Source of the DNA: Dehalococcoidia bacterium
GTDB lineage: Bacteria; Chloroflexota; Dehalococcoidia; Lucifugimonadales; QGNO01
Direction of reading: 5' to 3'
Length of the DNA: 64,000 bases
Assembly (NCBI GenBank): GCA_965197965.1
Contig: OZ240235.1
Span: 1,189,820 to 1,253,819 of the forward strand
The notes below the pieces were generated by a model. The model was not told where the DNA came from. It worked only from the letters and a program-made list of their open reading frames with translations, and made no database searches. This document shows, one piece after another, positions 20,116 to 27,601 of this stretch (its first letter is position 1; each line of letters opens with the position of its first letter). Both the position numbers and the translations under genes were made by a program.

Positions 20116-20908
20116 CCTCTTTGTCAAGTCCCTGCTGGACCACCGCCGCGGCCTGGTCTGGTGGGTCCTGGGAATCGTCCTGCTCTCCGCGGCCATGACC
20201 TCCTTCTACCCCAGCATCTCCACCAACGATGCGGTCAAGGACTACGTGGACGCCTTCGACCCCGACCTGCTGGCCCTGTTCGGGTTTTCGGAGCTGTTGG
20301 ACATCACCTCCGGCGCAGGCTACCTCAACGCCGAGATGTTCGGCTTCATGGTGCCAGTGCTGGTCATTATATTCGCCGTCAGCCTGGGCGCATCCGCCAT
20401 AGCTGGCGAGGAAGACAGGCGCACCATGGAGATTCTCCTCTCCGAACCGGTCAGCAGACGGCGCGTCCTACTGGAAAAGTACGCCTTTCTCCTCGCCGCC
20501 AACGCCATGCTGGCCGTCGTAGTCTGGCTTTCCCTGGCCATCGGCGTCATCGTCTTCGATATGGAGGTCAGCATGTTCAAGCTGGCCGAGGCCACCATCA
20601 GCTCCGCGCTGCTCGGCCTCACCTTCGGCTCGCTGGCCTTTGCCGTCGGCGCTTTTACCGGCAACCGCGGGCTCAGCTTAGGCGTCTCCGCCGGAGCGGC
20701 GGCTGCCACCTACGTAATCAACAGCCTGGCCGCCATCGTAGACATCCTGGAGCCTGCCAAATGGCTCTCCCCGTTCTTCTATTACAACGGCAACGTGCCC
20801 ATAGCAAACGGCTTGGACCCGTTGCACGTCGGCCTGTTTCTTGTAGTAATCGCCGTCCCCGCCATAGCCGGCTACCTAGCCTTCCTCCGCCGCGACCTGC
20901 GGATTTGA
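20102..20908 (+). CDS. ABC-2 type transporter permease
   Basis: 268 aa, 6 hydrophobic segments, overlaps the ATPase gene by 14 nt. Confidence 0.8.
   Translation: MLLRNLFVKSLLDHRRGLVWWVLGIVLLSAAMTSFYPSISTNDAVKDYVDAFDPDLLALFGFSELLDITSGAGYLNAEMFGFMVPVLVIIFAVSLGASAIAGEEDRRTMEILLSEPVSRRRVLLEKYAFLLAANAMLAVVVWLSLAIGVIVFDMEVSMFKLAEATISSALLGLTFGSLAFAVGAFTGNRGLSLGVSAGAAAATYVINSLAAIVDILEPAKWLSPFFYYNGNVPIANGLDPLHVGLFLVVIAVPAIAGYLAFLRRDLRI
20872..20906 (+). repeat. 35-bp direct repeat (left) bracketing the hicAB cassette
   Basis: CTACCTAGCCTTCCTCCGCCGCGACCTGCGGATTT is the last codons of the permease gene. It is repeated at 21536-21570 with one mismatch. Confidence 0.9.
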
Positions 20909-20936
20909 ACTCCAAGTAACAGGGCAGGCCTCAACT

Positions 20937-21164
20937 TCACCGCTTCATCAGTACGGTGAATTCCTCTACGGAAAGGCCAGCATGCCGAATCAGTGCCCTT
21001 AACGTGCCACGAGCAATCTCTCTATGATCTGGAACCGAAAGGGTTGCCACTGATTCCTCTTTTGTCATGATGATATGGCTGCCAGCTTGCCTCGCAACCC
21101 TCCAACCCGCACTTTCAAATGCCCGCACCGCTTGCTGCCCAGAAACCACGGGCAGTACGGCCAT
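20937..21164 (-). CDS. hicA: HicA family toxin
   Basis: 75 aa. SGQQAVRAFESAGWRVARQAGSHIIM. Confidence 0.8.
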   Translation of the reverse strand: MAVLPVVSGQQAVRAFESAGWRVARQAGSHIIMTKEESVATLSVPDHREIARGTLRALIRHAGLSVEEFTVLMKR

Positions 21165-21479
21165 CTAAGCTGGTACCTCTACCACTATCTCAACTTCAGC
21201 AGTTTCAATAGTGAACGGTAGACTGTCCTCTTCTCTGGACTTCAGAATCTGCTTTATCTCTTCTCCTATAACCTGGGGGTCATCTTCTTGAGAAACCCGT
21301 CCGAACCCTTCGCTATCTCTTACTTCCAGTGAAAGACGGATAGCCTCCCGGATATTCTGAAGCGCCTCTTCTCTGCTTTCCCCCTGGCTCACGCACCCCG
21401 GTAGAGCGGGGCAGTGGATGGAATAGCCTCCCGCCTTTTCTGGCTCTAGTATGACGGTGAACTTTTTCTGCTTTTCCAT
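21165..21479 (-). CDS. hicB: HicB family antitoxin
   Basis: 104 aa. FTVILEPEKAGGYSIHCPALPGCVSQGESREEALQNIREAI. Confidence 0.8.
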   Translation of the reverse strand: MEKQKKFTVILEPEKAGGYSIHCPALPGCVSQGESREEALQNIREAIRLSLEVRDSEGFGRVSQEDDPQVIGEEIKQILKSREEDSLPFTIETAEVEIVVEVPA

Positions 21480-21535
21480 GCCTGGGCTCCTAGGTTAACT
21501 CTTGAAAGCATTATAGCACCCAGAAAGTGCATGCC

Positions 21536-21570
21536 CTACCTTGCCTTCCTCCGCCGCGACCTGCGGATTT
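21536..21570 (+). repeat. 35-bp direct repeat (right) bracketing the hicAB cassette
   Basis: CTACCTTGCCTTCCTCCGCCGCGACCTGCGGATTT followed by TAG. It would encode the same YLAFLRRDLRI* C-terminus as the permease. Confidence 0.9.
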
Positions 21571-21867
21571 AGAGGGGATAGGTAGGTTCGCTAATACGTT
21601 TGTGAACGCCCATTCCACTAGTAACTTGCTTATGGGCTGCTTGAGGATTCTAAATCGCACCTACTCGAATTCGCCTCAAGAAAACCCTTGACAGTTTACA
21701 CGGAAACGGATATTCTTTTGGCGAACAAATGGTCTGAGACTCTTCTGGCTTATATGGCTATTCCAGAAGTGCAACAGCCTAATTGGGGTAGACCCAAGCG
21801 AACAGCATTAGGGAGGCTAAAGTGATCGTCGAACATGTAGAACAAAAAGTTCAAATGGTGAAAGCCT

Positions 21868-22212
21868 TTGGAACAAAGGCACAAAAGGTCTCCGAGATGG
21901 GAGCGATTGGTGGTGGCGAACTTGTTAGGAACTAACGATAGTATAGACAACGTGATTAGATTAGGGATAATTGTACTCACTGTAGCGGTGGGCATCTTCA
22001 TTGACATCCTGATTTGGCCATTTACCAGCGAATTCTGGAGAGAAAATGTTCACAAAGTGTTCCTTGAACAGAAAGTAGATGCAGGATGGGCGGAGGGCAT
22101 GACTTGGATCTTGCTTGACGGCATATTTGCCGTGCTCATCATAGGTGGTATTGGAGTTATGCTGGCGTCGGGGACCGTCTCTTGGGTTGTTTCCAAACTG
22201 GGCATGCGATGA
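21868..22212 (+). CDS. hypothetical small membrane protein (uncertain)
   Basis: 114-aa ORF with a TTG start and two hydrophobic segments, in an AT-rich stretch. No family recognised. Confidence 0.3.
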   Translation: MEQRHKRSPRWERLVVANLLGTNDSIDNVIRLGIIVLTVAVGIFIDILIWPFTSEFWRENVHKVFLEQKVDAGWAEGMTWILLDGIFAVLIIGGIGVMLASGTVSWVVSKLGMR

Positions 22213-22248
22213 ACAAATAAAGCCCGCCCTTCCCCCCCTCCCCCCCAT

Positions 22249-22277
22249 TTGACACCGCACCCTCCCCTGCATATCAT
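22249..22277 (+). promoter_or_regulatory. candidate sigma70-type promoter TTGACA-N17-TATCAT
   Basis: TTGACA 22249-22254, C-rich 17-nt spacer, TATCAT 22272-22277, 31 nt upstream of ATG 22308. Similar beyond the hexamers to 16806-16834. Confidence 0.4.
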
Positions 22278-22307
22278 CCCAGGCAAGCCAACCAGGGGAG
22301 GGCCGCC

Positions 22308-23207
22308 ATGGAGCCTGATCGCTTCGACTACTCGCCGATCATAGACCGGCCCGTCATCAAATGGCCCAACGACGCCCGCGTCGCCCTCTGGGTCGCTCCC
22401 AACGTGGAGCACTACGACTACCTCCCTCCCCACAACCCCCACCAGAACGCCTGGCCGCGCACGCCGCACCCCGACGTCATGAGCTACGCCTACATGGACT
22501 ACGGCAACCGCGTCGGATTCTGGCGGCTCCTTGAGCTCTTCGACAAGCACAACATCCGCTGCACGCCCGCCCTCAACGTCGCCGTCCTCGACCACTACCC
22601 CGAAATACGCGACGCCATGGTGGAGCGCGACTGGGACTTCATGTCTCACGGCGTGTACAACACCCGCTACCTCTGGGGCGCTACTGAAGAGGAGGAGCGC
22701 GACTTCTACCAGGACACCATCGACACCATCCGCCGTCACACCGGCAAGCAGCTCAAAGGCATGCTCGGTCCCGCCCTCACCAACACCGATCGCACCCCCG
22801 ACCTCATGGCCGAAGCAGGCCTCATCTACCACACCGACTGGTTCCACGACGACCAGCCCTTTCCCATGAAGGTGAAGCAGGGCAGGCTCATCACCGTGCC
22901 CTACTCCATCGAGACCAACGACGGCGCGGCCAACATGCTCGGCTTTGAGGCCGACTACCTGGCCCAGATCATCAAGGATCAGTTCGACGTGCTCTACAAG
23001 GAGGGCGCGGAGAGCGGTCGCGTCATGTGCATCGCCCTCCATCCCTACTGGAGCGGCCAGGCTCACCGCATCCGCTACCTGGACGACGCCTTCACCCACA
23101 TCCTCTCCCACGATGGCGTATGGCAGGCCACCGCCGACCAGATCGCCGACTACTACATGGAGTGCTACTACGACCAGGTGGTCGAGTACACGGGGAGGGC
23201 GTCATGA
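22308..23207 (+). CDS. polysaccharide deacetylase family protein (PuuE/allantoinase-like)
   Basis: 299 aa. DRPVIKWPNDARVALWV.PNVEHY... and HPYWSGQAHRIRYLD resemble the PuuE-like subgroup. Confidence 0.75.
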   Translation: MEPDRFDYSPIIDRPVIKWPNDARVALWVAPNVEHYDYLPPHNPHQNAWPRTPHPDVMSYAYMDYGNRVGFWRLLELFDKHNIRCTPALNVAVLDHYPEIRDAMVERDWDFMSHGVYNTRYLWGATEEEERDFYQDTIDTIRRHTGKQLKGMLGPALTNTDRTPDLMAEAGLIYHTDWFHDDQPFPMKVKQGRLITVPYSIETNDGAANMLGFEADYLAQIIKDQFDVLYKEGAESGRVMCIALHPYWSGQAHRIRYLDDAFTHILSHDGVWQATADQIADYYMECYYDQVVEYTGRAS

Positions 23208-24118
23208 CCGGGGCTGCCCGCATGCCGGGCATGGACAACGAATACTACGACTTCTCCGCCATGGCGCACCGCCCGCCGTTGCAATGGCCCGACGGCGCAC
23301 ACGTCGCCCTCTGCGTCATCGTCAACCTGGAGCACTACGAATGGGACCTCTCCAAGATCAAGACCCGGCCCCAGAGCATGCCCGGCTTCAGAGCGCCCCT
23401 TCCCTACCCGGACATGCGCAACTTCTCACAGCGCGAGTACGCCAACCGCGTCGGCATCTTCCGTGTCATGGACGTGCTCGACAGGTACGGCATCCCGGCC
23501 ACCGTCGCCATGGACGCCGCCGTCGCCTCCAACTACCCCTTCCTCGTCGAGCAGTGCCAAAAGCGCGGCTGGGAGCTCATTGGGCACGGCCAGACCGCCA
23601 CCCGTCTCATCACCAGCGAGATGACGGAACAGGAGGAACGGGACTACATCCGGGGTTCCCTAGCCGCCTTGCAGGACGCCACCGGCAGCCGACCCGCCGG
23701 TTGGATGGGGCCCGGCTACTCCGAATCGACGCGCACGCCGCGCCTCCTCGCCGAGGAGGGGGTCCGCTACCTCTGCGACTGGCCCAACGACGACCAGCCG
23801 TACCGCATGAAGGTGCCCGGCGGCGAAATGTACTCGCTGCCCGTGCTCCTTGACCTCGACGACTTTCATCTCCTCTGGACGCGCATACTACCCGTCATGG
23901 ACTACACCCGCGCCCTCAAGGACAGCTTCGACAGGCTGTACCAAGAGGGCGAAAGCAACGGACGGCTCATGGTGCTCAACCTCCACCCCTGGCTCATCGG
24001 CCAGCCCTTCCGCTCCAAGTACCTGGACCAGGCCCTCTCCTACATCGCCGGCCACCAACGGGTCTGGAAAGCCACCGGCTCACAGATCATCGACTGGTAC
24101 GCATCCACCAACGCCTAG
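23204..24118 (+). CDS. polysaccharide deacetylase family protein (PuuE/allantoinase-like), paralog
   Basis: ATG 23204 overlaps the upstream stop (ATGA). HRPPLQWPDGAHVALCVIVNLEHYEW, HPWLIGQPFRSKYLD. Paralogous to the preceding gene. Confidence 0.75.
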   Translation: MTGAARMPGMDNEYYDFSAMAHRPPLQWPDGAHVALCVIVNLEHYEWDLSKIKTRPQSMPGFRAPLPYPDMRNFSQREYANRVGIFRVMDVLDRYGIPATVAMDAAVASNYPFLVEQCQKRGWELIGHGQTATRLITSEMTEQEERDYIRGSLAALQDATGSRPAGWMGPGYSESTRTPRLLAEEGVRYLCDWPNDDQPYRMKVPGGEMYSLPVLLDLDDFHLLWTRILPVMDYTRALKDSFDRLYQEGESNGRLMVLNLHPWLIGQPFRSKYLDQALSYIAGHQRVWKATGSQIIDWYASTNA

Positions 24119-24643
24119 CGCAGCCATCCGCACCGTAGGGGCAACCCTCGTGGTTGCCCTGGCCCGTACCCGACCATTCCCCGCACTGTCATTCTGAACG
24201 GAGCTCCCGCGGAGTGAAGAATCCAAAGCCTCTGCCCGCAAAGCCGTGCTGTTTACTCCAACCACCCCCTCCGTCATGCCCGTGACGACGGGCATCCAGG
24301 GGCGGGGCGGGGAGCCGCCGTCATCCGCACCGTAGGGGCAACCCTCGTGGTTGCCCTGGCCCATACCCGACCATTCGCCCCCGCACTGTCATTCTGAACG
24401 GAGCTCCCGCGGAGTGAAGAATCCAAAGCCTCTGCCCGCAAAGCCGCGTTGCTTAATCAAACCGCTCCTCCGTAGTGAGCAATCGCCCCCCTCTCGTCAT
24501 TGCGAGCGCAGCGAAGCAATCCGGCGGCCGGGGGGTTGTCATTCTTGAGCGCAGCGAAGAATCTTTTACCATAGCAAACTCCGTCCCCTTACCCGCAACT
24601 CCGCCCCGTTTGCCCGCCTGCCCTCTTGCCCGTCCGCCTCCCC
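24119..24643. repeat. intergenic hairpin-repeat mosaic with a 197-bp tandem composite
   Basis: GTAGGGGCAACCCTCGTGGTTGCCC at 24135-24159 and 24332-24356. GTCATTCTGAACGGAGCTCCCGCGGAGTGAAGAATCC modules at 24188 and 24388. ATTGC-type at 24495-24527 and ATTCT-type at 24538-24573. TTGCCCG-rich tail 24600-24640. Composite period 197 bp (24125 vs 24322). Confidence 0.9.
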
Positions 24644-25555
24644 CTACCCCCACCACCGCATGCTCTCACCGTAGGGGCGGGTCTTCTCCTCCGGGCCGGG
24701 CTTGCGGAACACAAACAGGTGCTCGTGCATTATGAGAAGGAAATTCTTATCGCGAGACAGGCGAGTCCACAGGCCCTCCGTCTGGGTATTCCACTGAGCC
24801 TTGACAATGTCCTCTTTGAGGATGAATCCGGCCTCCAGGAACGCCTGCATGACGCGAAACGCTATTGGCGTGTAGTGCTTGTTGCGGCGCGTATCGCCCA
24901 CCAGGATGGCGCAGTAGTGATCGGGCTTCAGCACGCGGAAGCACTCATCCGCCACCAGCCTCATCTGCTCCACAAACTCCGCTATGTCGCGCACCTTGGA
25001 CAGGTCGCCGTTATGCGCCGCTTCCTTGCCCGAATACTTGATGATGTTCGCGTAGGGAGGATGCGTGGCGATGAGGTCGATTGAGTCCGCCTCTATCTTG
25101 TCCAGGCGCCGCGCGTCTCCCTGGTACAGACGTATGTCGACCGGTTCCAGCGGCTCCTCCAGCCTGCCCGAGAAGTTGAGCGCGTCCATGGTCAGCATCA
25201 GCGAGTCGCGGTTGACGTCCACGCCTATGCCGTGGCGGCCCGTCAGCTTGCACTCCACGAGTGTCGTGCCGCCGCCCGCCATCTGGTCGAGCACCGTGTC
25301 CCCGGGCAGCGAGTACCTCTCGATGACGTTGCGAACTATCTGCGGAGCCCAGTTGCCCCGGTAGGCGGCGCGATGCGTGGCCCATCTGCCCCGCTTGGGA
25401 AACGACCACAGCGTGGTGGTCTCCGTCTTGAAATCGTCTGGCTGGAGCTTCTTGGGACGCTGGTGTCCCTTGAGGCGGATCTCGACTTCCCCAGCCGATA
25501 CGGTCTTTTGGCGGGCAAGGAAAGACAGGTAATCGGCTTGTGTAATGAGCCGCAT
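24644..25555 (-). CDS. site-specific DNA amino-methyltransferase (N6-A/N4-C type)
   Basis: 303 aa. LWSFPKRG..ATH..YRGNWAPQI, motif I VLDQMAGGGTTLVE, motif IV IDLIATHPPYANII (unusual His before PPY). Confidence 0.8.
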   Translation of the reverse strand: MRLITQADYLSFLARQKTVSAGEVEIRLKGHQRPKKLQPDDFKTETTTLWSFPKRGRWATHRAAYRGNWAPQIVRNVIERYSLPGDTVLDQMAGGGTTLVECKLTGRHGIGVDVNRDSLMLTMDALNFSGRLEEPLEPVDIRLYQGDARRLDKIEADSIDLIATHPPYANIIKYSGKEAAHNGDLSKVRDIAEFVEQMRLVADECFRVLKPDHYCAILVGDTRRNKHYTPIAFRVMQAFLEAGFILKEDIVKAQWNTQTEGLWTRLSRDKNFLLIMHEHLFVFRKPGPEEKTRPYGESMRWWG

Positions 25556-25556
25556 T

Positions 25557-25619
25557 GATCAGACCGCCAGAGCGATCCGATCTTACGGATCATTTTCAAA
25601 AGATCAAGATCAAATGATC
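25557..25619. promoter_or_regulatory. GATC cluster / inverted-repeat operator-like region upstream of the methyltransferase gene
   Basis: GATC at 25557, 25574, 25579, 25588, 25602, 25608 and 25616. Inverted repeats GATCCG-n6-CGGATC (25574-25591) and AGATCA AGATCA aa TGATCT (25601-25620). Confidence 0.6.
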
Positions 25620-25633
25620 TAACAAACCGCCGA

Positions 25634-26431
25634 CTATCTCAGAACCCTGTAGTGTCCGCCATCCAGGAACTGCAAGACCCCGTTATCACGCAGAACCTGT
25701 AGCTGCTGACGAATCTTGGGCTGGACGTTTCTATTCTCTGGGTGAAGGCCGCCTAGATAACCTTCAAAAGCCTTGTAGAAGCCCTGAAGGACGAACTCAT
25801 CGGAGTTAGTCATCTCTTGCATCTTTCTGACGCACATGAGGATATCCGCAGTCCATCCCCCTTTGGCATTCTCACCCTGGCCAAGAAAAGCGAACCGGCT
25901 CCAAGCGTCGCGTACATCTTGAGACGGCAAAGCTTTTTCATTCTCTACAACTGTGACACGCGCGTCTCCCGGTAGCTCACGCAACAAGATATTGGAGCCT
26001 ACCCATCCGGCACGGCGTGCCCATGGAGGTAAAGGAGGACGTTTTTCAATGATAGCAGGCGTTATGAAGTACCCAGGCACAATGAATAAGTCCATAACCA
26101 CCCATCTCTGTCGAGAGTAGCGAAGGAATATGTAGTTAGGCGCCAGCCCGTCTTGGATGGCTTTCATCTTGGGCCAATAGGCAGAATTGGAGGCTTTCCT
26201 GCCAAAAGTCTTGTCCGCGCTTTTCAGTTGGTAGCTGGCCTTACAGTCCGGGCAATCGTAATCCCTTACTCTTGCGTTTGCCCGCAACTGGTCCAAATGC
26301 TCTGATGGACATGCCGGGCAGAACAGGTTCTCCCTTGCCCAATGTTCGGTAATTACTCGTGCTATCTGCGAATGGCTCTGGTAACCCTCAGCCAAGGACG
26401 GGTCTAAGTTCAGATCCACGTACAACTCCAA
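25634..26431 (-). CDS. DpnI-family (methyl-GATC-directed type IIM/IV) restriction endonuclease homolog
   Basis: 265 aa, collinear with DpnI as I remember it: YQSHSQIARVITEHW, FCPAC, RDYDCPDCKASYQLKS, RRAGWVGSNI, KIRQQLQVLRDNGVLQF (C-terminal winged helix). Confidence 0.85.
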   Translation of the reverse strand: MELYVDLNLDPSLAEGYQSHSQIARVITEHWARENLFCPACPSEHLDQLRANARVRDYDCPDCKASYQLKSADKTFGRKASNSAYWPKMKAIQDGLAPNYIFLRYSRQRWVVMDLFIVPGYFITPAIIEKRPPLPPWARRAGWVGSNILLRELPGDARVTVVENEKALPSQDVRDAWSRFAFLGQGENAKGGWTADILMCVRKMQEMTNSDEFVLQGFYKAFEGYLGGLHPENRNVQPKIRQQLQVLRDNGVLQFLDGGHYRVLR

Positions 26432-26746
26432 TTAGGTATATGCTCATTGCACGTTCACAACAGTGGATGGATATTCCTTCCTAATGCTATAATCTAGATT
26501 GTTATGGGTAGTAGTTAATAAGTAGTTAATAAGAAGAACCCGTTAGGTTCCTCCTATGAGGACGGGCAGATACAAAAGTGGCTAGGAGGCAGGGTAGCGA
26601 CTTCCAGTCCAACGACTTACTACGGCTCATACGCAAAGCTTTAGGCCGCCCCCTTCCTTCGGGGCTGATCCTAATAACAGTACGGCTTGCCAAACTGCGA
26701 TGGTTCTGAGGTTGACGAGTCGCAAGGCTTCTCACCTCCTTTCAAG

Positions 26747-26775
26747 CGGAGACTCCGATTACCCCGGAGTCTCCG
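26747..26775. terminator. perfect 11-bp hairpin (CGGAGACTCCG-attaccc-CGGAGTCTCCG)
   Basis: Read directly. The stop codon of the 280-aa gene (26759-26761) sits in the loop. No clear U-tract on either strand, so terminator function is uncertain. Confidence 0.4.
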
Positions 26776-27601
26776 TAGTATTGACGATATGTCCATTGCT
26801 CTCGACTTGCCGTTCATTGGCACGTTGTTGCTCTAGTTGTCGCCTGCCTCTGGCTCGGAACACTTTGCCGAGTGCCGCCCAGACCTCATCGAATTCTTTA
26901 TCCTCGAATTCAGCAAGGTCTTGCTCTGAGATTACCAATGAGCCAGAGGGTGCAGATATATCTGTGGAGGCACCGGTTGTAGCCCTTTGGGTTTGTTGTG
27001 GCTTAGGCGGGTCGTTGGGTAGTACATAATCTGGTTCTGAAGGGGCTTCAAAAACGGGCATTATGGTTGTTCTCTCAACCGACAGATATGTATGCCCACC
27101 AGATGATACCAATACCCCTATATCACGCGCAGAGTCCATCAGAACCCGAAGAGCCGAGCCTACTCTGTTGGACTCTATCTCAAACTCACGTTCTAGAACG
27201 TTCCGCATCTCGGCATCTTGGGGTAGATGCTGACCCTTGAAGCGCATAGCCACTTCCCTGAACAGCGGTATCCGTAGAAATGATTCTCGAAGGGCATCGC
27301 TCTTTTCTTCTGGTGAAGTAGGCTTGATAATAGCCTTCGCCAAGTCTGTAGTAGACAACTCCTCTCCTGCTTTCGTTAGCAACCCAAATTGTCTCGCAGT
27401 CAGTCCACGAAGCAAAAAGCCACTACTCTTGGCTGAGACGCCAAGGTTTATTGCCAATGTACTTTGGGTTAGCCTTCCGGCACCGCCTCGTTCAACCGCT
27501 TCCGCTATTTGCAGAGCAGTACCGAAATCATAAGCAGGGAACAGATAGCGAGACCTAACCGGTTGTTTGCGAACCCTACCATTATTACTCTCAACAGCCA
27601 T
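26759..27601 (-). CDS. hypothetical protein, probable winged-helix DNA-binding N-terminal region
   Basis: 280 aa. Two similar segments (FGTALQIAEAVERGG..LTQSTLAINLGVS; LSTTDLAKAI...) suggest wHTH modules. Acidic/basic C-terminal tail. No family recognised. AT-rich islet. Confidence 0.55.
   Translation of the reverse strand: MAVESNNGRVRKQPVRSRYLFPAYDFGTALQIAEAVERGGAGRLTQSTLAINLGVSAKSSGFLLRGLTARQFGLLTKAGEELSTTDLAKAIIKPTSPEEKSDALRESFLRIPLFREVAMRFKGQHLPQDAEMRNVLEREFEIESNRVGSALRVLMDSARDIGVLVSSGGHTYLSVERTTIMPVFEAPSEPDYVLPNDPPKPQQTQRATTGASTDISAPSGSLVISEQDLAEFEDKEFDEVWAALGKVFRARGRRQLEQQRANERQVESNGHIVNTTETPG

Noticed and set aside
22050-23111. 353-aa ORF on the minus strand
   Set aside because: It is antisense to the well-supported deacetylase gene. 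Its Val/Gly/Asp/His-rich low-complexity translation is typical of shadow frames in GC-rich DNA. The same judgement applies to 32176..33315(-), 44340..45635(+), 50795..51673(-), 8325..8867(+), 58291..58983(+) and similar ORFs.
24119-24643. Possible CRISPR array (regularly recurring short repeats)
   Set aside because: The repeats are heterogeneous hairpin modules in composite units of 197 bp, not one 25-40-bp repeat with unique spacers of constant size. No cas genes are in the window. The same holds for 35527-36019.
26672-26700. GGGGCTGATCC resembling a tmRNA 5' end
   Set aside because: There is no tRNA-like 3' end (T-arm/CCA) and no tag-peptide ORF or resume codon context nearby. The match is a short chance similarity.
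26526-26735. 69-aa ORF in the nuclease/wHTH spacer
   Set aside because: The translation is Arg/Ser-rich, the GTG start abuts the SD-like AAGGAGG with no spacing, and no family resemblance was seen. It is treated as non-coding.
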